Positions 17,936 through 27,353 of a DNA stretch of 27,565 nucleotides are shown piece by piece. Source of the DNA: a bacterium (GTDB lineage: Bacteria > Zhuqueibacterota > Zhuqueibacteria > Oceanimicrobiales > Oceanimicrobiaceae); contig JBHHYI010000040.1 in assembly GCA_046757525.1 (NCBI GenBank), positions 1 to 27,565 of the forward strand, read 5' to 3'. The notes below the pieces were generated by a model that was not told the DNA's origin, did not search any database, and saw only the letters and a program-made list of their open reading frames with translations. Both the position numbers and the translations under genes were made by a program. Within the stretch, counting starts at the first letter, position 1. Each line of letters starts with the position of its first letter.

Positions 17936-18007
17936 CAGTTATGAAATCGAAAAGATTAACAAGAAACTGTCAAGAAAGTATTATATTGATTATTAAAGGG
18001 ATATTTT

Positions 18008-18694
18008 ATGAAAGAGTTTCAAGAAGCTGATCAATTAAAATTTTGGGCTGCAAATGATGTTCTATTCAAAGGAGATATTGTTTCTGATGTAACCTTATCA
18101 TTATCAGAAAAATATATTGGCAATAATGTGGTTGATGTTGGCGCTGGAAGTGGAGCGTTACTTAAAAACTTTAAGAACAGATATAACAGTAATAAAGAAA
18201 TTGTGGCTATAGATTTGGTTCCGAAAAGTGAGTTTGTAAAAAATGGGAATTGTACAAATCTCTCATTTGAAAAGAACTCATTTGATACTTTCTTTTGTAC
18301 AGATGTGATTGAACATTTAATTGATGAAGATTTAAACAAATGTTTAACTGAGGCTAATAGAGTGTTAAAAAAGAAGGGCTATGGTATATTCACAACAGTC
18401 AATAATGAAAATTTAAGAGATTTCATTGTATATTGTCCTCAATGTGGATGCACATTTCATAGATGGGGACATTGCCAAGTATTTGATGAAGCTCGAATAA
18501 AAAATCTTTTTCAAAATAAAGGATTTGTCATTGTTGAGCTTAGGAAGATAAATTTAAAGTTTATTGCTGTTTTCAAAAGTTTTGCACGAATCTTTTACTT
18601 TTTGAAAGTTGATAAACTATTAAACAAGATATTAGAAGACAGTTTTTTTGAAAAAGATTTATTCATTGTAGTAAAAAAAGTTAGAGAATTATAA
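18008..18694 (+). CDS. Class I SAM-dependent methyltransferase
   Basis: Motif I VVDVGAGSG; AIDL; SFD....DVIEHL; RVLKKKG; plus a Cys/His cluster CPQCGCTFHRWGHC. Confidence 0.9.
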   Translation: MKEFQEADQLKFWAANDVLFKGDIVSDVTLSLSEKYIGNNVVDVGAGSGALLKNFKNRYNSNKEIVAIDLVPKSEFVKNGNCTNLSFEKNSFDTFFCTDVIEHLIDEDLNKCLTEANRVLKKKGYGIFTTVNNENLRDFIVYCPQCGCTFHRWGHCQVFDEARIKNLFQNKGFVIVELRKINLKFIAVFKSFARIFYFLKVDKLLNKILEDSFFEKDLFIVVKKVREL

Positions 18695-18758
18695 TTATCA
18701 AATTATATCCGTCATAATTATGAAGGATTGCTAATTTAGAATAAAAAAATCTAAACTC

Positions 18759-20234
18759 ATGATCCGACCTTTCCCAAATAAACATATTAATGTTTTAATA
18801 ATTTTGTTTCTATTTACAGCAGCAAGTTTTTTAGTCTTCGCAATTTCTATTTTTGATAATAATCCAAATGGACTTCTCTGCGGTCCAGCCTTTTGTGCGC
18901 TGTTGGTACTTATTATTCCACAACTTAAAGCGAAAAATTATGATCTATTCCAACCATTAAACTTTGTCATTTTAACTACTTTATTTGGTGTTGTTTTGCG
19001 AACTTTCTACATTGTTTTTGCAGAAAATGAAAATACGCGTTCTTTTTTACTATTAGGTAAACATCCAATGATATTATTCAATTCATCAATTCTCATTGTT
19101 TTTGCCCTTCTTTTTATGATTGCTGGCTATTTAGCAAGGGTCCCTCAAATAAATTTGAGTAGATTTGCAATAATCAGAAAATCTGAATGGAACTCACGTA
19201 GATTCATTTTTGTTGTAGTTATTTTAATACTTATTTCTGTAAGCACAATCATTCTATATATACAAAAGCTTGGTCTTCTTAATATATTATCAGATAAATT
19301 GTCAATTAAGCGCAGTTTGATAGTTCAAGGAGCTCGATATGAATATGCAGCGCTTGGGTATTATCTTTGGGGTGCATCGTTAATAAGTTATGTATTTTAT
19401 CTACTTTTAGCCTTACTTGCCTATTCTGGTAGAAAGTTATTTTCACCTATAGGTATTTTAGTATTATTAGTCGGAGCTTTAGCCGCCATTTTTCCTGTCA
19501 TTACTAGTTCGAGAGGGGAAGTATTATTTCACTTTGTTTATGCAGCCCTTATTTGGCATTATTTAAGAGGTAGTATTTCAATCCGGAAGTTAATCCCAAT
19601 TATTACACTTACAATTGGGATATTTGTTCTTCTTGCAGCATTAAGAGCCGTTGGGCAAGGGGGGAAATATACAGTACTTAGAGATTATTTACAAATCGAG
19701 AAAATTATCGAAGTGACAGTTGGTAACAGAAACTGGTTAGGAGTTGCAAAAACAGCTCATATTTTAGATGCTGTACCTGAAAAGCTTGATTATCAATATG
19801 GTAAAACTCTTCTGACTTGGATAGTTGCACCAATGCCGAGAACCCTGTGGAAAGAAAAACCAATTATTCGTGCTGGTCCAATTCTAGGTAGGCAGATCTT
19901 TATGCGGAAGGTTGATAGAACAGGTGTGCCTCCTGGTTATATTGGTGAATTATACTGGAATTTTGGAATAATTGCTATACCACTTGGTATGTTTCTTTTA
20001 GGCTATTGGCTTAAGTTTTTGTATTTTAATTTTGTTAAGATTATTACAAATAATAAAAATGCACTCTTAATTTATGTGTTTTTAATGGTTCCTTTTTCAC
20101 TTAACCTCTTGGGTGGTGATTTAACAGGAGTCATTATAAAAGTAGTTACTTCTTTATTAACTTTAATTGTCTTACTTAAGTTTATTAGTTTTGATGGTTC
20201 TTCTCCAAACACTGGCGGGAACCACCATATATAG
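18759..20234 (+). CDS. wzy: Putative polysaccharide repeat-unit polymerase (Wzy)
   Basis: Polytopic membrane protein with SSRG, a large loop carrying YQYGKT...PMPRTLWKEKP, and GELYWNFG, as typically seen in Wzy-like proteins; context next to Wzx and Wzc. Confidence 0.75.
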   Translation: MIRPFPNKHINVLIILFLFTAASFLVFAISIFDNNPNGLLCGPAFCALLVLIIPQLKAKNYDLFQPLNFVILTTLFGVVLRTFYIVFAENENTRSFLLLGKHPMILFNSSILIVFALLFMIAGYLARVPQINLSRFAIIRKSEWNSRRFIFVVVILILISVSTIILYIQKLGLLNILSDKLSIKRSLIVQGARYEYAALGYYLWGASLISYVFYLLLALLAYSGRKLFSPIGILVLLVGALAAIFPVITSSRGEVLFHFVYAALIWHYLRGSISIRKLIPIITLTIGIFVLLAALRAVGQGGKYTVLRDYLQIEKIIEVTVGNRNWLGVAKTAHILDAVPEKLDYQYGKTLLTWIVAPMPRTLWKEKPIIRAGPILGRQIFMRKVDRTGVPPGYIGELYWNFGIIAIPLGMFLLGYWLKFLYFNFVKIITNNKNALLIYVFLMVPFSLNLLGGDLTGVIIKVVTSLLTLIVLLKFISFDGSSPNTGGNHHI

Positions 20235-20381
20235 TGTTTGACATCATTAGGTTCCTTACAAAACAAGGAAGAAGAGCCAAGAGACATTTTCCAATGGTTC
20301 CTTGGGTCTACTACATGTATACCCTTTACCATACTTTGGAGAAGAACCGTTTTGATAAAGTGAAGTAAAATTGAAAAATAG

Positions 20382-21296
20382 ATGACGAACAAACCTGAAT
20401 TTCTTATTATTGGGGGACAAAAGTGTGCAACGACTTGGCTTTATAAATGTTTGAAAGAACATCCACAATTGTACCTCCCACCTTATAAAAGAGATATAGA
20501 CCACATTGCAAGTGAGCTATATTTAAAAAGAGGTATTGATCATTATTTTGATAATTTTAAAGACGCTCGTGAAAATCAAAAAATTGTTGATATTTCAGTG
20601 GAATATTTATTTAATCGTATTTGTGCCGAAATTGTAAATCAATACCTGCCAAATACTAAATTAATAGTTTCATTGCGCGACCCAATTGATAGAGCCATAT
20701 CTGCTTATTTTTGGTATCTTAGAAAAGGATATATACCGGATTTGCCCATAAATAAAGGTATGAAGCTGATAATTAAACAAAAAAGTGGCCAAATTAATTT
20801 GGAAGTTGATGAAATTTATAAATCAATATTAGAAAGAGGATTTTACGATGTGCAAATCAATCGATATTTAAAATTTTTTGATAAAAAAAATTTCTTATTT
20901 ATTCTTTATGATCATATTTCTGAAAACCCGGAAGAAGTTGTTGCAAGGGTTTTTCAATTCTTAGAAGTATCTAATAATTTCAAACCCTCAAATATAACAA
21001 GTAAACCTTTAGCCAACACTTACTTCAAACCAATTCTTTGGTTGGAGCGACGTTATCCTGGTTCACTTAGTGGCCCTTCTTTCGGTGCACGTTTATTTTC
21101 TAAAATTGCCGATGCATCGAATCAATTCATTATTAAAATGGGTTTTCAATCACAAAAGCCAAAACTACATGAACAAATAAGAGTAGAATTACAGACCATA
21201 TATCGACCTCATATTCAAGAGTTGCTCAACATTCTTTCCAATGCTAACCTAATTGGCGAAGCTTACTTACCTAACTTACTAGAACGATGGTCTTAA
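20382..21296 (+). CDS. PAPS-dependent sulfotransferase
   Basis: 5'-PSB loop PEFLIIGGQKCATTWL; 3'-PB motif LRDPIDRAISAY; RGFY; V..VFQFLEV. Confidence 0.9.
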   Translation: MTNKPEFLIIGGQKCATTWLYKCLKEHPQLYLPPYKRDIDHIASELYLKRGIDHYFDNFKDARENQKIVDISVEYLFNRICAEIVNQYLPNTKLIVSLRDPIDRAISAYFWYLRKGYIPDLPINKGMKLIIKQKSGQINLEVDEIYKSILERGFYDVQINRYLKFFDKKNFLFILYDHISENPEEVVARVFQFLEVSNNFKPSNITSKPLANTYFKPILWLERRYPGSLSGPSFGARLFSKIADASNQFIIKMGFQSQKPKLHEQIRVELQTIYRPHIQELLNILSNANLIGEAYLPNLLERWS

Positions 21297-21332
21297 CATA
21301 TCAAATAATAATCAGATAATTCGAGTGTAGAA

Positions 21333-22853
21333 TTGAAACTAGATTTATACGATAAATTGAGTGTTATTAAAACGCCGGTAGCTGATTATCCAAAGAGCAA
21401 TGATGGTTCTTACAAATGGTATCCAGAGTTATGTCAATTGAGTATAACGGGCAAGAAAATCTTCTTAAATTCTATATATAAATCGATTAGGGAATTATTT
21501 CATTTATTATCCTTAGATGAAAAGAATTATGGTACAAAGAATTGGAATCCGCTCGGCGAGATCATCAAATCAGGAGATAAGGTCCTCATAAAACCTAATC
21601 TTGTAAAGCATGAAAAAGGCGAAGCCACTGGTTGTGTAATGACACACGCTTCGGTGTTGAGGCCGATCGTAGATTATTGTTTAATCGCATTGAAAGGAAA
21701 AGGCAAAATAACTATATGCGATGTACCGCTTCAAAGCGCAGACTTCGAACTCGTCAAACGTCAAACAGGTCTGGACCAATTAATGTCATTCTATTCCAAG
21801 TTTGATGTTCCGGTTGAGCTACTCGATCTGAGAGTTCATAGTGCCATTAGCGATGATCATGGTTTTTTTGTAAGACTAGAAAAAAATCCCCATAATGAAG
21901 ATGATTTTGTTGAAATTGATTTAGCCGCTGAAAGTATGCTTGAAGGGATTACCAACGAAGGGAATGTGCAATTTGCTGTTGATGATTATGCAGTAGATAA
22001 GATGAAAGAATTTCACAATAAGGGGATTCATAAGTATCTGATCCCTAAAAAAATTCTAGATGCCGATGTGGTTATCAATGTTCCCAAGCTGAAAACTCAT
22101 CAGAAAGCTGGAATTACCGTCAGTCTGAAGAATTTAATTGGAATTAATGCTGGAAAAGAACGATTGCCACATTTCCGACGCGGTCTAAATGGTGACGAAT
22201 ATTATGGCAAAAACATCCTCAAGCTCATTAACAGTCATATTCGTTTCTATTTGCAGAATCGAAATAGGGCTTTGTGGAATCTAGGTCTAAAGACCTGGCG
22301 GACTATGGTTAAATTTGAGCAGAAAATAAGAAATCACCCCAATAATGGCCATGGTAATAAATCACCTGCTGCTTCTTTAGCGATTAAGCACGGAGCGTGG
22401 CATGGAAATGATACCGTATGGCGCACCATTTTAGACGTTAATCGAATATTATTTTATGCAACAATTCGGGGTGAGATGACTGAAAAAAAACAACGGCATT
22501 ATTTTAGTATTGTTGACGGTATTATTGCCGGAGAAGGTAATGGGCCAATAAATCCAAAACCTAAACCTGTGGGTGTCCTTTTAGCTGGTTTTGATCCCGT
22601 TTTAGTAGATTGCCTGGCTGCACGCCTTATGGGGTTTGACCCTGAAAAAATACCGCAATTGAAAAATGCTTTTTCACCGCACAAGTATCCCATTACCAAT
22701 TTAACTCAGAAAAGGTTAAAAGATATCGAGGTTCTGTCCAATGAATCAGATTATAATGGATATCTTTTTGGAATAAAGCATTCTTATTTAGAATTTGAGC
22801 CTCCACCGGGCTGGATTAACTTTATAGAAATCACTTCATTAGTGGATAGCTAA
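21333..22853 (+). CDS. DUF362 domain-containing protein
   Basis: Motifs GDKVLIKPNLV, THASV, ADVVINVPKLKTHQKAGITVSLKNLIG, IVDGIIAGEGNGP and DPVLVD...ARLMGFDP. The TTG start is uncertain. Confidence 0.85.
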   Translation: MKLDLYDKLSVIKTPVADYPKSNDGSYKWYPELCQLSITGKKIFLNSIYKSIRELFHLLSLDEKNYGTKNWNPLGEIIKSGDKVLIKPNLVKHEKGEATGCVMTHASVLRPIVDYCLIALKGKGKITICDVPLQSADFELVKRQTGLDQLMSFYSKFDVPVELLDLRVHSAISDDHGFFVRLEKNPHNEDDFVEIDLAAESMLEGITNEGNVQFAVDDYAVDKMKEFHNKGIHKYLIPKKILDADVVINVPKLKTHQKAGITVSLKNLIGINAGKERLPHFRRGLNGDEYYGKNILKLINSHIRFYLQNRNRALWNLGLKTWRTMVKFEQKIRNHPNNGHGNKSPAASLAIKHGAWHGNDTVWRTILDVNRILFYATIRGEMTEKKQRHYFSIVDGIIAGEGNGPINPKPKPVGVLLAGFDPVLVDCLAARLMGFDPEKIPQLKNAFSPHKYPITNLTQKRLKDIEVLSNESDYNGYLFGIKHSYLEFEPPPGWINFIEITSLVDS

Positions 22854-22860
22854 AAAAAAT

Positions 22861-24234
22861 ATGAATCGAAAATTACTGGGACAAGTTGCCATTTCTCTTT
22901 ATGATAGATTATCAGGAAGAAATGTCCTTGCTAAAAAACATGTTTTGACTGATGACTCCAATCTTTCCTATGATGAAAATCGCATTATTCAAACAGGGAA
23001 GCTTGTTGATGTTTTAAAACACGCATTTCGTACGGTTCCTTTTTATCGAGAAACACTTAGCCATTTAAAATTAACATTTTGCCAAGAGAATGCTTTGGAA
23101 ACCTTACAATTGTTTCCAATTATGTCAAAGAATTCCCTGCTAGAAAATTATGAAAATTTACATTCATCCATTAAGAGCTATAATGTTAGAGAAGTTACGA
23201 CCGGCGGTTCAACTGGTCGGCCTACAGTGGTTTTAAAGGATTCTTATCATATTGATTGGATGGTAGGAGCAGAACTACTATTTTATGACTGGGCCGGATA
23301 TTATCCTGGCATGAAATTGCTTAAGATATGGGGATCAGAACGTGATATTTTTGAAGGTACTTTGGGAACAGGCAATCGGGTGAAAAACTTTCTTATGAAT
23401 CGTGATTTTATTAATACTTTTCGTCTAAAAAATGATCAGATTTCGGAAATTTTTCAAGCACTAAAAAGATACAAGTCAGAGGCTTATTTGGTTTATGGCT
23501 ATGTAGAATCCATGTATTTAATTTCAAAATATTTCAATGATAATAAATTTGAGTTTCCGAGACCCGTGGCTGTTTTAACTACTGCAGGGACATTATTCCC
23601 AGAGATGCGTCACATGATCGAACAAGTTTTTAAATGTCCTGTCATGAATAAATACGGTTGCCGAGAAATTAATAGCATAGCCTGCGAATGTCCGAATATG
23701 AATGGACTGCATATACCTTTACGACTAAATTACATTGAAATTCTTAATAACGATAATGAGCCTTGCGCTCCTGGAGAAGTTGGAGAGATTGCCATAACAT
23801 CTCTTACAAATTATTCAATGCCTTTAATTAGGTACAAATTAGGGGATATGGCCAAAGTAGCGCTTCATGGATGTGACTGCAATATTAATTTTCCTGTTAT
23901 TGATCATATCATTGGACGAACCTCGGATGTTTTTGAAACAAAGGATGGTGAATTTGTGCATGGCGAGTTTTTCAGTCATATTTTTTATGATTTTCCGTGG
24001 GTAAATAAATTTCGTGTTATTCAAGAAAGTCATTTAGAATTTACTATTGAATTAGAATTCCAAAATCAAATAACCGATGATCAGAAACAGAATTTTGAAA
24101 CTTTGATCGGCGGCAGAATCAAGAAAGTTTTTGGCCAGGGTTCGATGATTACTTTCAAATATGAATCAGAGTTAAAGGTCCCAGCGTCCGGCAAATTTCG
24201 CTTTACCATTTCTAAGGTTAGAAAAGCCGCATGA
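22861..24234 (+). CDS. Phenylacetate-CoA ligase family adenylate-forming enzyme (CapK-like)
   Basis: Motifs VPFYR, P-loop TTGGSTGRP, YGCRE, MPLIRYKLGD, IIGRTSD and terminal SGKFRF. Confidence 0.88.
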   Translation: MNRKLLGQVAISLYDRLSGRNVLAKKHVLTDDSNLSYDENRIIQTGKLVDVLKHAFRTVPFYRETLSHLKLTFCQENALETLQLFPIMSKNSLLENYENLHSSIKSYNVREVTTGGSTGRPTVVLKDSYHIDWMVGAELLFYDWAGYYPGMKLLKIWGSERDIFEGTLGTGNRVKNFLMNRDFINTFRLKNDQISEIFQALKRYKSEAYLVYGYVESMYLISKYFNDNKFEFPRPVAVLTTAGTLFPEMRHMIEQVFKCPVMNKYGCREINSIACECPNMNGLHIPLRLNYIEILNNDNEPCAPGEVGEIAITSLTNYSMPLIRYKLGDMAKVALHGCDCNINFPVIDHIIGRTSDVFETKDGEFVHGEFFSHIFYDFPWVNKFRVIQESHLEFTIELEFQNQITDDQKQNFETLIGGRIKKVFGQGSMITFKYESELKVPASGKFRFTISKVRKAA

Positions 24235-25457
24235 CAAAAGAACTGATAAAGATTAGAATTTTATATTATGGATCCTGCCTATCCATACAGAAAGGTGCGA
24301 ATCTTAGTATGTTCAGACTTACAAAATCGTTTGGCAATGGTATAATCGATTCAATGGCTGTCTTACCTGGTGATGCTGGTATAGCAAGAAAATATCATAA
24401 ATGTGGGATAAAATATTTTGTTGTTCCCTCAATGTTAATGCGTAACACATTTTCGGTGAGATATCAGATAAAATATATTAAATCCTTAATTCTTGAGGTT
24501 GTTCAGTTAAGACAACTAATCAAAAGGCAAAGAATTAATATTGTGCATGTAAATGATATTACATTTTTTCAAGCATTGATTGCTGCCAAAATAGCTGGTG
24601 TCAAATCGGTCTGTCATATAAGATTTATTTCAATAAAGAATCCTGCTGTTAGAAGAATCTTGTTATTGATTGTAACCTTCTTTTCCGATGTTATTATTTG
24701 TGTATCAAACTCTGTTAAACAACAGTTATTTGATAATCAAGAGCGTATTCAAAGGTCCAAAATTCAGGTAATATATAACCCGGCTCCTGATGCTATAGAT
24801 TTCTATCCAACTTTAAATGGTGCAACAAAGAAGTTAAAGAACGAATTGCAACTTTCACCTACTGCTTTCATAGGTTGTCTTATATCCAAGTTTACACATA
24901 ACAAAGGTCAACATATACTTGTAAAAGCAGCAGAAATTTTAGAAAGTTTGGGTTATGGAAGCTCTCATTTTCAGTTTCTTTTGGTTGGAGGACCGCTAAA
25001 AAATCACATGGATTATTATAATAATATTTTGAAAATGTTGGAGCAAAACTCGCTCAATAATATGATTAAATTATTAGGGGTGCGTGATGATGTTACGAAA
25101 ATACTCAATTTGTGTGATATTGCGATTCATGTCCCAGTTCATGAAGACCCATTTCCAGGGGTAGTATTGGAAGCGATGTTAGCTGGAAAGCCAGTAATTG
25201 GTTCCAATAGTGGAGGCATTCCAGAAATAATCGATGACATGGAAAATGGTTTTATTATTCCGAAAAATGATCCGAATGCACTTGCTGAAAGATTAATAGC
25301 ACTTTATAAAAATCGGCAAGTTCTAAATTCAATGGGTGAGAAAGCATCGGATTCTGTGAGAGTCAAATTTCCTTTTTCAAGTTTTTATGAGAAACATCTG
25401 AGGCTTTATGCTTCACTAGCTAATTTAAGCTTAAATATGAATAATGCCGAAGCCTAA
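24231..25457 (+). CDS. Glycosyltransferase family 4
   Basis: Motifs IVHVN, ICVSNSV, KGQ..L, EDPFPGVVLEAMLAGKPVIGSNSGGIPEII and NGFII; ATGA overlap with the previous gene. Confidence 0.92.
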   Translation: MTKELIKIRILYYGSCLSIQKGANLSMFRLTKSFGNGIIDSMAVLPGDAGIARKYHKCGIKYFVVPSMLMRNTFSVRYQIKYIKSLILEVVQLRQLIKRQRINIVHVNDITFFQALIAAKIAGVKSVCHIRFISIKNPAVRRILLLIVTFFSDVIICVSNSVKQQLFDNQERIQRSKIQVIYNPAPDAIDFYPTLNGATKKLKNELQLSPTAFIGCLISKFTHNKGQHILVKAAEILESLGYGSSHFQFLLVGGPLKNHMDYYNNILKMLEQNSLNNMIKLLGVRDDVTKILNLCDIAIHVPVHEDPFPGVVLEAMLAGKPVIGSNSGGIPEIIDDMENGFIIPKNDPNALAERLIALYKNRQVLNSMGEKASDSVRVKFPFSSFYEKHLRLYASLANLSLNMNNAEA

Positions 25458-26343
25458 TTTCATTTTTATTGGTCCGAGTAAAACAGGTTCTACTTGGATA
25501 TTTGAACTTCTTAGATCACATCCAGCTATTTATATTCCAGTTGCAAAAGACATTTATTTTTTTGATAAATATTTTGATAAAGGTGTAAAGTGGTACGAAA
25601 AACAGTTCAAAGGCGGCGCAAACAGGCAAATTGCTGGTGAACTAAGTCATGATTATTTTTCTTCGAAAATTGCCATTGATAGAATAAGAATGCTTTACCC
25701 AAGTATTAAATTGATCTGTTGCTTAAGAAATCCATTTGATCGAGCGGTATCTTCATACAAATATTTTCAACGAAATGGTTTGGCCTTAGGAGACTTTGCG
25801 GTAGAAATAAGAAATCATCCAGAAATTTTTGAAGAGGGGCTGTACTACAAACATCTTTCTTATATTTTATCTAATTTCGATTATAAGAATGTTTTAGTGC
25901 TTTATTTTGATGATCTAAAATCAAACTCTGATGAATTTGCGAGGAGGATTTTCAATTTTATTGAGGTAGATGGTGCATTTAAGTCCCCAGTTATTGGAAA
26001 GCAAGTTAATGAATCTGGAAGCGCGCGTTCACTTTTCGTTGCGAAAATAATTAAGAAGATTGCCGTGTTAGTTAGGAATTGTGGCTACCCATGTGTTGTG
26101 GGATATTTAAAAAGAAATAATATAATACTAAGAATCTTGTACTCAAAAGGTGGGAAGAAAATTGTTAATAATTTTAGTTTTCCAACATACGTTGTTAATG
26201 CTTACAATGAAGAGATTACACAGCTTGAACATTTATTGAACGTAAAATTATCTCATTGGAGAATGAACGTACAAGGTTCAGTGATAGGTCAGCAGACATC
26301 AGATAACCATAATACTAAAACTGAAACCACTCTTATTGTATAA
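25444..26343 (+). CDS. PAPS-dependent sulfotransferase (second paralogue)
   Basis: 5'-PSB PNFIFIGPSKTGSTW; HP.I....KDIYFFD; GELSHDY; 3'-PB LRNPFDRAVSSY; GLYY. Overlaps the GT4 gene by 14 nt. Confidence 0.92.
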   Translation: MPKPNFIFIGPSKTGSTWIFELLRSHPAIYIPVAKDIYFFDKYFDKGVKWYEKQFKGGANRQIAGELSHDYFSSKIAIDRIRMLYPSIKLICCLRNPFDRAVSSYKYFQRNGLALGDFAVEIRNHPEIFEEGLYYKHLSYILSNFDYKNVLVLYFDDLKSNSDEFARRIFNFIEVDGAFKSPVIGKQVNESGSARSLFVAKIIKKIAVLVRNCGYPCVVGYLKRNNIILRILYSKGGKKIVNNFSFPTYVVNAYNEEITQLEHLLNVKLSHWRMNVQGSVIGQQTSDNHNTKTETTLIV

Positions 26344-27353
26344 TGTCATTATTCCGAATATCAGTTATAGTATTAACCTATAACGACTTTGCTGAAATAA
26401 GCGGCTGCATCCAAAATATCATTTCTCAAAAGTGTTCATTTAATTATGAGATTATAGTAATTGATTCGAATAGCAGTGATGGGACTGCTGAAATTGTACA
26501 AGATTATCCGGTAAAATTCATTTCAATTCATCCACATCAATTTCACCACGCGATTACAAGAAATTTTGCCGCGACTATTGCTAATGGCGATATAATTATC
26601 TATATGAACGGTCATACCATACCTTGTAACTCTACTTGGATAGCTAACATTGAACGGGAATTCCGTGACCCCGAGGTAGCAATAGTTTATGGAAAACAGA
26701 TTCCCGCCGAAGATGCCTCGATTGAAAGAATTTTCACTTTGAAGCAGATGTATGGAGACAAACGCATTGTAAAGACTAAAAAAGATATTCACCGTTTAGG
26801 GTACAGTCTTTACCAAATATCAACAGTGAATGCGGCGATTCGTCGTTCAATTTTATTGAAAATTCCATTTCCTCCTTCTGTGCCAGTTTTTGAAGATGTG
26901 GCATTAGCTAAAGAAATTATTGACCATGGCTATAGAATAATTTATTCCCCAGATGCCGCCGTCTTTCATTCCGATGAATATACCATAGCGAACCACTTTA
27001 AGCGATATTTTGACATTGGTGTAATTTACGAACGGCTTGGATTTTTTGATATTAAAACAAAAAGAAATTTGTTATTAGACGGCTTAAAGCACATATTGGC
27101 CGAAATCCGAATGATAATAAAGATGCGGAGATTTGTGGAATTGCCTATTACAGTGATCCACGAAACATTGAAATTTACAGGATTGCAACTGGGTAAAAAT
27201 TCAAAATGGCTGCCATCTGCGTTAATTCGTGAGTTTAGTTTATATGATGTGTTTGATTCATCAAATAATAGTATACTTACGTTGCACCTGTATGAAGACT
27301 GTGTTAAAGAACAACCTGTATCACGAAAAAGAAAATACGCCATGCGAAGATAA
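26343..27353 (+). CDS. Glycosyltransferase family 2 (rhamnosyltransferase-like)
   Basis: Motifs ISVIVLTYN, IIVIDSNSSDGT, F.HAITRN, YGKQIP, NAAIRRS, FEDV and Y.PDAAVFHS; TAATG overlap with the previous stop codon. Confidence 0.88.
   Translation: MSLFRISVIVLTYNDFAEISGCIQNIISQKCSFNYEIIVIDSNSSDGTAEIVQDYPVKFISIHPHQFHHAITRNFAATIANGDIIIYMNGHTIPCNSTWIANIEREFRDPEVAIVYGKQIPAEDASIERIFTLKQMYGDKRIVKTKKDIHRLGYSLYQISTVNAAIRRSILLKIPFPPSVPVFEDVALAKEIIDHGYRIIYSPDAAVFHSDEYTIANHFKRYFDIGVIYERLGFFDIKTKRNLLLDGLKHILAEIRMIIKMRRFVELPITVIHETLKFTGLQLGKNSKWLPSALIREFSLYDVFDSSNNSILTLHLYEDCVKEQPVSRKRKYAMRR

Noticed and set aside
20235..20381. Short hairpins and a TTGACA in the wzy-sulfotransferase spacer
   Set aside because: There is no -10 box at a usable spacing, and the stems are short enough to arise by chance in AT-rich DNA.
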